A stretch of 64,000 bases of DNA from Octopus vulgaris (taxonomy: Eukaryota): the NCBI GenBank assembly GCA_951406725.2, contig OX597815.1:191332001-191396000 (forward strand). Direction: 5' to 3'. A program made the translations under genes and the position numbers. Shown piece after piece: positions 1 to 10,255 of the stretch. How positions within the stretch are numbered: the first letter of the stretch is position 1; each line of letters starts with the position of its first letter. Under the pieces are notes generated by a model, which was given only the letters and a program-made list of their open reading frames with translations, was not told the origin of the DNA and searched no databases.

Positions 1-3000
1 CATATAAAAATTGCCATAAGCCACTTAAAAAAAGCTATTGCTTTGGATGGTTCAAAAGTGTATCACAATCAACTGAGTTTGAAATTGAACCGCTTGACAT
101 TACTATCAGAGATGTATTTCAACCCTGACAATCCAGAGGATATTGCTGGAAAGATCATTGAACAGGCTCGAGAGGTAAAATCACTTGGAACAAAGGAAGG
201 TATGAGGGCCCTTCTTATAAAAGCAGGAATCACATTGTCACCAGATGCATTCCAAACAGTTCTTGATAGTGAAAGTTTGTTTTATGAAAAGGTCAAGCTT
301 TCGCCAAATACGACAGATCAGCTTGTTGAACGTGTTCAAAGGTATGATGCTAATATTAAAAAAATTGATGGTCATTTACTTAGAATTGGAGACAGATGTG
401 ATTATATTCGGATGCATCTTTGGGCAGATTTATCAAAGGTTGCTCGGAAGCATGGAGCTTGGGATGTATGCCGTACAGCAGCTATGTTTTGCCTTCTTTA
501 TGATGACAATAGATGGCTATCAGCATACAAAGATGTTAGTGTTCCTGCTACAGAATGCAGTTCTGTTGACAGTGCATTGAAATCCGATGAGAATATTGAC
601 GAAATTTTATATTCCAAAAAGAAAAAAGGTACGGGTGATAAATTGTCCCTCAGTGACCGGGAACATGTTCGTGTTTTAGCAGAGATCAACTTTATTCAAG
701 GAGAAGCTTGTTTAAACTTGCTTTACCAAGAAAACGTAAAACTAAATGATTTGCCAGTTTATCCTCAAGATTATAGCAAACATGGTAAAAATTACGAAGC
801 AGCCGATCCAGCTGAAGACAAAGACTGGCAAATATACTGCCAGTGGATTCAGCAAATGAATTCCAAAATTAGTTCTAGTTTTCTTCGAGGTCTTATTCTT
901 GGATACAACCTGAATGACAGCCACATTGTTGGTAATGCTGCTACTTATCTTTGGAATTACAACCTCCATATTATTGAGCAAAATCGTCAATCTGAAATTG
1001 TTGGTTGTTTTTCAACTATTTTGGAAGGTATGCAAAAAGTTGATTATAGTGAATTTATTATCTTACTTATAAATATCTGTATAAATTTGGCTACAGGACT
1101 TATGATGCCATGGATGCCTTCAATTCCAGATATAAATAATGAATCACCAACTCGACTTTATGCATCTCCAGAAAAATCTGTGTCAAAAAATCAATCAAAA
1201 CCTCCACTGGTGTTAATTCCACCTCAAGCTTTACCTGATCTAAAAAGAGCCATAGAGGTTTGTGAATATGCTATTGATATTACCAATAAAAAAAAGCAAA
1301 TTTCTTCCATACCTTTACCTATGAAAGCTTCATTGTTAAAAACTTGGGTCATAGCTAAGCAAATGTCACAACAGCAGATTAATAGGAATTCAATTAAAGA
1401 TGATGATCCTGAGAAACAATTATCACAAATTATTGTCGATATAGAAATGTATACACATACAAAAAATGGGGTTCTGGAATTCAAAGACCTATTGCCATTG
1501 CCAAACTTAGTGGCCACAGTACTGAAACATCTCTGGAGAGATAATTTGCTTAAACTACAGCTTTGTACTCAATTAGCTGAAATTCTCTATAATTATAAAA
1601 ATTATGAGCTTGTGATAAAAGTTGCAAAAGCAGTAACAGATTCATATTTGACTGAAATATCTGTTGCTTGTGCAAAAGAGAAGACTGGAAGTGGCATAAA
1701 TAATGGTTACATGGAAGAAAAAGTTAGTTATTTGTTTCTTTTGATGGGTCAAAGTATGACCGAAAATATGGAAGGGCAAACTGATCGGTGGGAAACTATA
1801 AATAATTTTATAAAAGCTGCAGAGTTTTCCATTCCATCACATAATTATCAGATTTTGATGAAAGCTGCCAGAAATTATTGGAATACAATTCTACCTTTGA
1901 TAAATATTAGCTCCGAAAGAAAATCTCTGAAAGCGTCTCTTCAAGAAATTCTTTCCTATATATCCAAAGTCACAAACAAAATCACAGAGTTAAACAGTAT
2001 TGAAAAAACCAATTCCTATGTGCCTGATGTTAATCGAATCACATTGTATGGCTACATTGGGAGAAATTGGGAGAATGACCCTGTTCTGATTAATTCTGAT
2101 GATGATGACCAGAAGCTCCAGGTCTCTTTATATATTGTCTTATGTGAAAGCTACGAAGACAGCAATGACTGGAAAACGGTTATTAAAATCCTCAACACTG
2201 CTATAGCTGACCTGCCACACAGTTTTCATAAAATTCAGTTATTCAGACGAAGAATTATGGTCAAAGCAAAACTAGGGGAAAACATGTTAATGGATCTCCA
2301 AAGATTTCGAGATGAGAAAGAAGATTTTGTTGCAGTGATGTGGCGAGATATAGCTTTACACAGCAATAAATTATCAGAACAGTGTATTGCATATCAAAAA
2401 GCAATTGAAAGTCTCTCAAGTGAAGAATACAATTGGCAGAAATTTCATTATCTGCTTGAATTCAGTGAGTGGCTTTATACATACCAAATGCCTGAACAAA
2501 TTGTTGTGGATCAAATAGAATGGGCTATAGATATTCTTATGTGCATGACTCCTGAAATAGACGGAGAAAAACCAGGAAATAAAACACCAAGGGTTAGTGC
2601 TTTACAATTAGACACTATTCCTCAAGACACTATTCTTCAAGACACTGAAAATCTTCCTAATTCCAACATTAATGAAAATGTTGAGCAGATGGACTTTCAG
2701 TTTTATGTTCCTCAGGAGAAAGAAATCATTATTGGAGTTCCACTTCAAGACTGTACTGCAGTTACAGGAAGAATGAACAATGTGAAACAACTGAATTATT
2801 TGATCAAAAGCTATGTCCTTTTATGCGCAATTTACACTCCTGCATCTCCTTTTTATGAAAAATATTCTCTCTTGGCTTACTCATTTACAATAAGGCTGTG
2901 GCAAGTGTGCATGGCTGCTGCATTAAGCTTTTACTTCGAAATCCCGAAGAACAATACACTTACCAATAAAGACTCTGGAGTCTCAAACAAATCTGATTTT

Positions 3001-6000
3001 CAATCAAAACAAAAGGGAAAAGACAAGAAAGAGAAAAACGAAAACTGTATATCTCCAACAAAAGAAAAGAATAAAAAGAAATTCTTAAGCACCAATGTTT
3101 CTACTCTAACTCCAGAAGAATGGGCTGTGTTTGAAGTACCATGTGATTTAGAAGAAATTTTTACCCATCAAAGTTTAGAGACTACAGGAATTAATGAAAA
3201 ATCCTTCCCTGATCCAATGATAAGCTTGTATTACTTTGATAAATTGGTAACTAATCTTCAAAATATTGGGTTTCACCACTTAACTTTACCGGTGTTAGCT
3301 TTGAACCATACCATAGCCTCATTTGTAGCACATTCTAAATCCTTCGTTCTTTATACTCATTGTAAAAGAATGGAAATATGTGCCGAACTCAATTTGCCAC
3401 AGTGTTCTTCCTTCCATGAAAACGTCATCAATCAGGTGTCTGGTATTGCTCCTAATGAGCTGATTGAAATAAGAGAGAAATTTTATGAATACGTTCAAGA
3501 AAGGAATAACTATTGCATTAAACCAAACATTTCATCGGAAGCAGAAAAAGAAAAACTACTTCATAAATGCCATTTAGGGCATTATTTTCAAGACACTTTT
3601 GTCTACCAAATTTGGACAAAGACTGCTGAAGCATTGATCGAGCAAACACATTACCAGCTTGCCAGGAAATACTTAATTGAGGCATATAAGTTTGCTGTAG
3701 GTTTCAAAGATATATTCTACCAAGGAAAATTATGCTTTTTAAAAGCTAAACTTGCTTTTGTTGAGGCTCAATACAAAGATGCATTTGATTTATGTATGAA
3801 AGCTGAAGAAATTATGGTTGGTGATATGGAATATTGGTATGAAATAGTAATGTTGAAAACTGATGCTGCTCTTCAAACTTTTCCTAAAAATGGATATGAA
3901 TTTGTTGAAGAGTTTCTACAAAGAATCATTAAAGAATTTGAAAAGTTATCTTTGACCAGACCAAACCAAGCTCTCAGTTATCATTATACAATTGCTTTAA
4001 TTCAAGCAAAACTTGGTGAAGTTCAAATTAAATACTATATGAGCCGATGTAATGACCTTCCTTCGGCTTCTCTACAAGAAGTGTTTCAGTCACCACTGAA
4101 TTATTTTGACATTTCAACTGAATTTCTTCTCAAGCATAAGTTTACAAAAGCTGCTGTCAAAGTCATGCACAACCATGCCAAATTACTACATGAAATTGCT
4201 CTGTCAACCACAAACAACACAAACAGTATGCAGTCATATTATCTACATTCTGTAAAGGTCTTTAATCAAGCCATAGAACAAGCTCGAGCTATATTTAATG
4301 ATATAATGATGATACTTCCTAAAGATTTTAATTTAAGCTTACCTATTCATCGAGAATTGTCTAATTTGCAGAGAAGTTGTGCTGAAGTTATGGTTGAAAT
4401 TCAAACAATCCAAACCAATCATGAAATTGAAAAAATACAGAAGCATCAATATGATATTGAAAGGATAAAACTAGAAGAGGAGTTTATCAACAAATCTCCC
4501 GAGTATTTGGAAACTGAGAAAGAATGGACAACAAGCAAGCAGTGGATTGCTAATGAAATTCTGTCCCAAGCAACTTCAGCACATAGTCTTGCTAGAACAA
4601 TACTGTGGATTAAATCTAGAAGTTTGCTTATCATTGGCAAATGTTTGCTCAATTTGTCATTCTTAAAACAAGCAAATCCCTCTCTGTTATGGTCACTGTT
4701 TGATATAGTGCCAGATAAAGAGACACCAGATACTGAAAATACAGAATCTGATGAAAGCAAAGAAGGAAAAAATCCATTTTTTAATCACTTAAATCAAATT
4801 CCAAATTTATCCAAGAAAATTAAAGAAATTAAATGGAAGGAGGACATTTCCTTTTGTTATTTTGCTCAAGCAGCTGAATGCTTAGCTCAAGCTTTAAATA
4901 CTGCTTTTCAACTTAAACAAACAAATATAATTATGCAGGCTTCATATGAACTTTTGAAGTCTATTGGCCAATTTGATGTTATTGCTGCATCTCATTTCCT
5001 TGCTTTGTATCAAAGTTGTCAGGCATCTTGTCATTTAAAGAAATTACTCGGGATCAGCCAACCAAACCCTTACAGTTGTCGTTTGGCAGCACTTCTGCAT
5101 CAAAGAAGACACATGTTAAATAATTATGCTGAGAAAAACTTCATCTGCACTGATACGTATTCTTCTGTAACAAATTCATTGGAGACAGAATGGCAGGCTT
5201 GGAAAAGTACAATGATTTTAACAAATCATTTTGATATAGCAAAGGAATTCCCTTCCAACTTCAACTTTATAGTTCTACAGCATTCACCTGACAAAAATTT
5301 TATATTTTATAGTCTCCTAGAGAAGTACAAATCAATTAAAAGTGCAGCGGTCCCTAAACAACCAACGGTAAGTACAACGCAAAGTTTATTAAAACGATCT
5401 TCTCTGGCAAAATTCAGAGTTAATCCCGATAAACTACACCAGCTTCTAAACATGTTAAAGCTTTATAAAAAAGACGTCAGGCGAGCATTGCTCAAAAAAG
5501 AATTCCAAATAAAAAATCAGTCTGACTATAAAAACATGCTTGATACTTTAAAGTTTGAACCTTGTGATTCAGCTATATCAGAAAGTTTTGTGATTGAGAA
5601 TGATGAAGAGTGGATGCAGGAAAAATTTGAAGAAATTGTTGCCTTAATGGAAGATTATTTTGCTGCTGTACTTCAGCCACTGCGAACAGCTTTGCAACAC
5701 ACTTTTGCACCAACATATTCAAGCACCGCTTTTAAAGAAAGTTCGGAGAATGGTTGTATTATTATTTTAGCTGATTCAGACTTACTTGAACTTCCTCTGG
5801 AATCTTTGAGTGTATTTCGTGAATTTGAAAATATAATATCAGTGTCACGAGACATTTCTTTGCAATTATTTTATCATAGATTCCACCAAGAGGAAGTCGT
5901 TGAGGAAACTAAAGACAAAAAGAAGAAAGACAAAAAACAACAGCAACAGCCTCCACCACTACCAACCCGTATACCAGTAAATAAAGAAACTGGCAAGAAA

Positions 6001-6834
6001 CGGAAGAGAGAGCTTGTCGATCATGTAATGCCACCATGGGGTCAATCTATCATTACAGATTCATTCAAATACATGGTAGATGTCAATTATGAATTTAATG
6101 AACCTGAAGAATATGATCTCTGTAAGATTTTTAAATCTCTCTTAGCTGAATATGAACAATCTTATACATCCCAATGGATTGGACTTAGTGGAGATATTCG
6201 AAATGCAAGCAGTGGAGAATGGGAAACATATCTAAATGAAAGTGGATCTTTCATTTTCCTTGCTCCTTACAAAATAACATCTTATTTAAATCCAGTAAAA
6301 ATTCCTGCTTTTAACATTTCAAAATGCCTGTTGGTCTGTCAGTTTGATTTAAGTGAAAATTATTCAAGCTTTAGGCGTCTTTCTCTTCATGATGCTTCAA
6401 AATCAGACGATGTTTTATCTTTGGAAAATCCAGTTTCAGTCGCATTACTGCTTAGTCTAGCAGGAGTACATTGCATCATGGGTAATCAATGGTCATGCCA
6501 ACTGAACCAGAACATAAAGCATATGAAGACAGCCATGAAATGTTTGCTGTCTGATGGGTATTCTACAGGGGAAACACTTCGACATATTCAGGTACCATTT
6601 TTGAAGATGGAGGAAAAACGTAGCACAGAAAACTATGATAACAAAGATAAAAAATCTGGTAAAAAAAATACTAAAGCTGACAAGAAAAAAGACGCGAAAT
6701 TAGCTGCAACAGCTAGTTCTACATCTGTCAGTCCTATAAAGTCCCTATCACAACTTGATGACAAAGAAGTAAGACCTAACTGGTTTAACATGGTGTGCTA
6801 TGGACTACCAAATTTATTTGTGACACAGACTTAA
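1..6834 (+). CDS. CFAP46: Cilia- and flagella-associated protein 46 (TTC40), 5'-partial, single uninterrupted reading frame
   Basis: Frame is open from base 1 (HIKIAISHLKKAIALDG...) to TAA at 6832-6834, so the ORF-track TTG start at 43 is not the true start. Recognisable CFAP46 motifs: LWADLSKVARKHGAWDVCRTAAMFCLLYDD, NAATYLWNYN, AARNYWN, YLLEFSEWLY, FLALYQSC, LQHSPDK, LLELPLESL...VSRDISLQLFYHR, GVHCIMGNQW, NMVCYGLP. Confidence 0.88.
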   Translation, partial: HIKIAISHLKKAIALDGSKVYHNQLSLKLNRLTLLSEMYFNPDNPEDIAGKIIEQAREVKSLGTKEGMRALLIKAGITLSPDAFQTVLDSESLFYEKVKLSPNTTDQLVERVQRYDANIKKIDGHLLRIGDRCDYIRMHLWADLSKVARKHGAWDVCRTAAMFCLLYDDNRWLSAYKDVSVPATECSSVDSALKSDENIDEILYSKKKKGTGDKLSLSDREHVRVLAEINFIQGEACLNLLYQENVKLNDLPVYPQDYSKHGKNYEAADPAEDKDWQIYCQWIQQMNSKISSSFLRGLILGYNLNDSHIVGNAATYLWNYNLHIIEQNRQSEIVGCFSTILEGMQKVDYSEFIILLINICINLATGLMMPWMPSIPDINNESPTRLYASPEKSVSKNQSKPPLVLIPPQALPDLKRAIEVCEYAIDITNKKKQISSIPLPMKASLLKTWVIAKQMSQQQINRNSIKDDDPEKQLSQIIVDIEMYTHTKNGVLEFKDLLPLPNLVATVLKHLWRDNLLKLQLCTQLAEILYNYKNYELVIKVAKAVTDSYLTEISVACAKEKTGSGINNGYMEEKVSYLFLLMGQSMTENMEGQTDRWETINNFIKAAEFSIPSHNYQILMKAARNYWNTILPLINISSERKSLKASLQEILSYISKVTNKITELNSIEKTNSYVPDVNRITLYGYIGRNWENDPVLINSDDDDQKLQVSLYIVLCESYEDSNDWKTVIKILNTAIADLPHSFHKIQLFRRRIMVKAKLGENMLMDLQRFRDEKEDFVAVMWRDIALHSNKLSEQCIAYQKAIESLSSEEYNWQKFHYLLEFSEWLYTYQMPEQIVVDQIEWAIDILMCMTPEIDGEKPGNKTPRVSALQLDTIPQDTILQDTENLPNSNINENVEQMDFQFYVPQEKEIIIGVPLQDCTAVTGRMNNVKQLNYLIKSYVLLCAIYTPASPFYEKYSLLAYSFTIRLWQVCMAAALSFYFEIPKNNTLTNKDSGVSNKSDFQSKQKGKDKKEKNENCISPTKEKNKKKFLSTNVSTLTPEEWAVFEVPCDLEEIFTHQSLETTGINEKSFPDPMISLYYFDKLVTNLQNIGFHHLTLPVLALNHTIASFVAHSKSFVLYTHCKRMEICAELNLPQCSSFHENVINQVSGIAPNELIEIREKFYEYVQERNNYCIKPNISSEAEKEKLLHKCHLGHYFQDTFVYQIWTKTAEALIEQTHYQLARKYLIEAYKFAVGFKDIFYQGKLCFLKAKLAFVEAQYKDAFDLCMKAEEIMVGDMEYWYEIVMLKTDAALQTFPKNGYEFVEEFLQRIIKEFEKLSLTRPNQALSYHYTIALIQAKLGEVQIKYYMSRCNDLPSASLQEVFQSPLNYFDISTEFLLKHKFTKAAVKVMHNHAKLLHEIALSTTNNTNSMQSYYLHSVKVFNQAIEQARAIFNDIMMILPKDFNLSLPIHRELSNLQRSCAEVMVEIQTIQTNHEIEKIQKHQYDIERIKLEEEFINKSPEYLETEKEWTTSKQWIANEILSQATSAHSLARTILWIKSRSLLIIGKCLLNLSFLKQANPSLLWSLFDIVPDKETPDTENTESDESKEGKNPFFNHLNQIPNLSKKIKEIKWKEDISFCYFAQAAECLAQALNTAFQLKQTNIIMQASYELLKSIGQFDVIAASHFLALYQSCQASCHLKKLLGISQPNPYSCRLAALLHQRRHMLNNYAEKNFICTDTYSSVTNSLETEWQAWKSTMILTNHFDIAKEFPSNFNFIVLQHSPDKNFIFYSLLEKYKSIKSAAVPKQPTVSTTQSLLKRSSLAKFRVNPDKLHQLLNMLKLYKKDVRRALLKKEFQIKNQSDYKNMLDTLKFEPCDSAISESFVIENDEEWMQEKFEEIVALMEDYFAAVLQPLRTALQHTFAPTYSSTAFKESSENGCIIILADSDLLELPLESLSVFREFENIISVSRDISLQLFYHRFHQEEVVEETKDKKKKDKKQQQQPPPLPTRIPVNKETGKKRKRELVDHVMPPWGQSIITDSFKYMVDVNYEFNEPEEYDLCKIFKSLLAEYEQSYTSQWIGLSGDIRNASSGEWETYLNESGSFIFLAPYKITSYLNPVKIPAFNISKCLLVCQFDLSENYSSFRRLSLHDASKSDDVLSLENPVSVALLLSLAGVHCIMGNQWSCQLNQNIKHMKTAMKCLLSDGYSTGETLRHIQVPFLKMEEKRSTENYDNKDKKSGKKNTKADKKKDAKLAATASSTSVSPIKSLSQLDDKEVRPNWFNMVCYGLPNLFVTQT

Positions 6835-6849
6835 AAAATGGAAAAGAAC

Positions 6850-6855
6850 AATAAA
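6850..6855 (+). terminator. Candidate polyadenylation signal for CFAP46
   Basis: AATAAA just after the stop codon, followed by T/GT-rich sequence. A second AATAAA lies at 7122-7127. Confidence 0.35.
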
Positions 6856-6935
6856 TGTTACTATTCTATATTTCTGAAATGAGGAATTTATATTATGTGT
6901 TCTGTTTTTATTAGTCAGGCTGGTATCCTGATCTG

Positions 6936-7078
6936 GATTGTTGCTTTCACTATGTTTCAGCTGTTGTATTCTCCAGCCTTCTTCAGGTGTCTTCTGTTGT
7001 ACAACAACTGAGTTCAACGCAAGATACTTGAAGAAAGCTGTAGCATACGATAGCTGAAAGGTAGTGAAAGCAACAATC
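6936..7078. repeat. Imperfect inverted repeat with hammerhead-like cores (Penelope-type terminal repeat remnant)
   Basis: GATTGTTGCTTTCACTAT...TAGTGAAAGCAACAATC arms. The minus strand reads CAC-CTGAAGA-AGGCTG..CAGCT-GAAAC-ATA-GTG. Confidence 0.6.
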
Positions 7079-7499
7079 ACGGTGAGCACACCAATCTGAC
7101 TAATATAAATGGTATACGTAAAATAAATGTTGATTTTAAAATTCTCAGAGAAAATGAAACATTTTATGTGAATTTTAATGATCACTTCTTTCTCTCATAT
7201 AATTCCACTCACATCTAGAATACATTATTGGAATCAACCCCAGAACATGGCTGGTATTTTTATTTTATTAATCTCTGAAGAGAAGAAACAAATTTAACCT
7301 TAGCTAGATTTGAACTCAAAACATTAGAGGATGTAACTAACTGCAACAATTTTGTCAGTCCACCACCAAAACCTTCAATAGATCTTCTGACTTTGATAAA
7401 TATATTGTTTTCTTTTTGTTGTTAATTCATCTGCAATAGTAAAACAAAATAATAAAGCAGTCTAATCTGTATATATAAAATTGCTTGTTTGTTTGTTTG

Positions 7500-7853
7500 T
7501 CTCCACCTGTCTAACACCCATGGACATGTTTACAAAGTCAGAAAACAGCACAGCTCCCATGACTTTCAGAAACATTTTTTCACGCTAAGAGTTGCTGAAG
7601 TATGGAACAAACTGCCGGCATCAGTTGTTAGTTGTCGGAGCACTGCATCCTTCAAAACTTCCACGCTTCCTGAGATTCGCCAACACTACACCTGATTTTC
7701 TCCCCTCCATACACATGCAAGTATGTATCTGACTCATACACTGTTCACTTTTCAGACATTTGTACATTACTGCATATGCTTTATACACACTTTTGACAAG
7801 TTGTGGTGCACCTGAGCACTGCATACAATAATTTCATTATTATTATTATTATT
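7500..7853 (+). mobile_element. CR1-type LINE 3' end fragment
   Basis: Encodes ...GHVYKVRKQHSSHDFQKHFFTLRVAEVWNKLPASVV, nearly identical to the C-terminus of the RT ORF at 45175-46644. Shares the 3' end TGGTGCACCTGAGCACTG and the (ATT)n tail. Confidence 0.85.
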
Positions 7854-8017
7854 ACCAATGCGCTAAAAAATCAGTTATCCAATCATGTTCAAATTTGGCA
7901 TGAAAGGCTCTTAGACTCAGCTATACGTTGTTTTCAAATTTGGACCTATGTTCTCTTAAGGGACAAGAGGCAGTCCTCATTCAACAAAAATTTGGCAGAC
8001 AAGAGTGATAGGTGGTT

Positions 8018-8736
8018 CACATAATTTGGAATTTCTCCGTTTTGACAGGGATTTTTCAGATTTATTTTTCTCAGTACCCTAGGAAATAATCTGGAGCATC
8101 TTTTTAACAAAAAAAAAAAATGGGTCTTTTAACCCCACCCTCACAATCTTCCTCTCTCCAGATCGATTTTGGTCGACTTTGTGGGCACTATGCGCAATGA
8201 TTTTTTTGGAGCACTACACACTTAAAAATCATTGGAGAAGCCTTTCTGGTAGAAAAAAGGCAAATATTAAAGGAAGATTTGGCTGTTGTTTCTAGCATAT
8301 TCCATGGCCACCTTCCTCGTTTCTTTGTCACTCTGACAAGTATTGATGTTTTGCAATATTTTCTCCCCATTAATAGCATAAACTCATTTATACTATTAAA
8401 AAAAACATTTTGGAAAATTCATTATTTTTATCAACCTTAAACCTTACCGGTCATGGGATATGTTAGAAACAACAGCTAAATCTCCCTTTAGTCACACACC
8501 TTTACGTCTGAAAATATTTACTTTTTTTTTAATCATAAACGCTTCTATAATTTTTAGGTTCGTAGTTCCCCCCAAAATTGATCCAAATTAGTCCAGAGAG
8601 AAGAGGTAAGGAGAGATTTTAAAAATTCCTTTTTTCCCTCAAATTTTTGGTTAAAAAGATGCTCCAGATTATTTCCAAGGGCACTGAAAAGAATCTGAAA
8701 AATCCCCATCAAAACTGAGAAATTCCAACTTATGTG
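8018..8736. repeat. Long inverted repeat (arms ~8018-8172 and ~8572-8736), foldback/MITE-like
   Basis: GGAAATAATCTGGAGCATCTTTTTAAC is mirrored by GTTAAAAAGATGCTCCAGATTATTTCC. TTGGAATTTCTC is mirrored by GAGAAATTCCAA. Confidence 0.6.
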
Positions 8737-9156
8737 GGCCATTTATCGCTGATGTCCCTTGAAAATTTGACTCAACCATTAGTTTTGGTTGTTTACAAAA
8801 AATAAATGGCAGTTAATGCAGTATGTGTGTGTGTGATGTGGTCTTGTAAGTGTGTTAGCGGTTGTGTTCATCCCCTTCTCTCTCGTTAATTGACTTAATG
8901 TGAAAGGCCAGGAAATACATTCTACAATGGTCAGCACCATTGCTAGTAATGGCAGCCAAATGACATCAGGCATACACTCTCTCTTTTCATTCCACCGGTA
9001 AAAACGCATAATAACTTATACAAAGAAGTTTTATCAAAACTGTCTTCTATGTGTTTTCTAGTTCAAGTATATTATTATTGTTAATCTCACAGAATTTGTT
9101 ATGTCAGTAATGTTAGAAATACTAATCGCAATAATTATTAAGAAAAAACTTGTATA

Positions 9157-9327
9157 GGCGTAAGAGTGTCTGTGTGGTAAGTAGCTTGCTTACGAACTAT
9201 ATGGTTCCAGGTTCAGTCCCACTGCATGGCACCTTGGGCAAGTGTCTTCTACTATAGCCTCAGGCCAACCAAAGCCTTGTGAGTGGATTTGGTAGACGGA
9301 AACTGAAAGAAGACCATCAAATATATG

Positions 9328-9391
<64 letters not shown>

Positions 9392-9601
9392 TATGTGTGT
9401 GTGTGTGTCTGTGTTTGTCCCCCCAAAATCGCTTGACAACCGATGGTGGTGTGTTTACATCCCTGTAACTTAGTGGTTCGACAAAAGAGACTGATAGAAT
9501 AAGTACTAGGCTTACAAAGAATAAGTCCTGGGGTCGATCTGCTCGACTAAAGGCAGTGCTCCAGCATGGCCACAGTCAAATGAATGAAACAAATAAAAGA
9601 G
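9157..9601 (+). mobile_element. tRNA-derived SINE family A (internal (TA)n/(TG)n tract)
   Basis: A/B-box-like head (TGTGTGGTAAG...GGTTCAGTCCC), central microsatellite and 3' CTCCAGCATGGCC.CAGTCAAATGA.TGAAACAA. Other copies at ~11809-12162(-), 12571-12926(+), 15781-16180(-), 23271-23648(-), 24210-24598(-), 28768-29131(-), 50250-50660(+), 51318-51788(+), 52084-52423(+). Confidence 0.85.
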
Positions 9602-9824
9602 TATATGAAATTTCATTGTATTTTTAATCTGGACAATGCCAGGTACTTCTGCTTTTATGAAATAAGACAGAAGGTGCTGTGGAGCAGGAGGTACACACCT
9701 GAAGATTTAAAACCAAAACTCAGTTTCAATATTTAATTGAAGTAATTTTCATTTTAGTTATGCTGTTAATTCTTTGAAAAAAAAAACATACACACACACA
9801 TACAAACATGCCCCTATCTCCCCA

Positions 9825-10255
9825 TCATCATCATCATCGTTTAACGTCCACTTTCCATGCTAGCATGGGTTGGACGATTTGACTGAGGACTGGCGAACCA
9901 GATGGCTGCACCAGGCTCCAATCTGATCTGGCAGAGTTTCTGCAGCTGGATGCCCTTCCTAATGCCAACCACTCCGAGAGTGTAGTGGGTGCTTTTACAT
10001 GCCACTGGCACGAGGGCCAGTCAGGTGATACTGGAGCCAGCGGCACTGGCAACGACCTCGCTCAAATGTTTTTTCACGTGCCACCAGCACAAGTGCCAGT
10101 AAGGCAACACTGGTAACAATCACGCTCGAATGGTGCTTTTTACATGCCACCGGCATGGAAGCCAGTTAGCTGCTCTGGCAACTATCATGCTCGGATGGTG
10201 CTCTTAGCGCTCCACTAGCACGGATGCCAGTCATCGAATTTGATTTCGATTTTCA
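9825..10255 (-). mobile_element. Family B non-LTR repeat with (GAT)n tail (SINE or RTE-LINE 3' UTR), variably 5'-truncated
   Basis: Core GTGGTTGGC.TTAGGAAGGGCATCCAGCTGTAGAAAC...CCAACCCATGCTAGCATGGAAAG..GACG.TAAA(TGA)n. More than 20 copies, e.g. 10836-11013, 14907-15320, 16984-17240, 18050-18245, 26673-26992, 30458-30746, 32623-32875, 39481-40005, 40768-41111, 46861-47158, 53540-53783, 54895-55304, 60589-60925, 61545-61913. Confidence 0.85.

Noticed and set aside
43-45. ORF-track start codon of the 2263-aa protein
   Set aside because: It is a TTG inside a frame already open from base 1. The real start lies upstream of the window.
245-5855. Short overlapping and antisense ORFs within CFAP46
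   Set aside because: These are expected shadow ORFs of a long coding sequence and contain no recognisable motifs.
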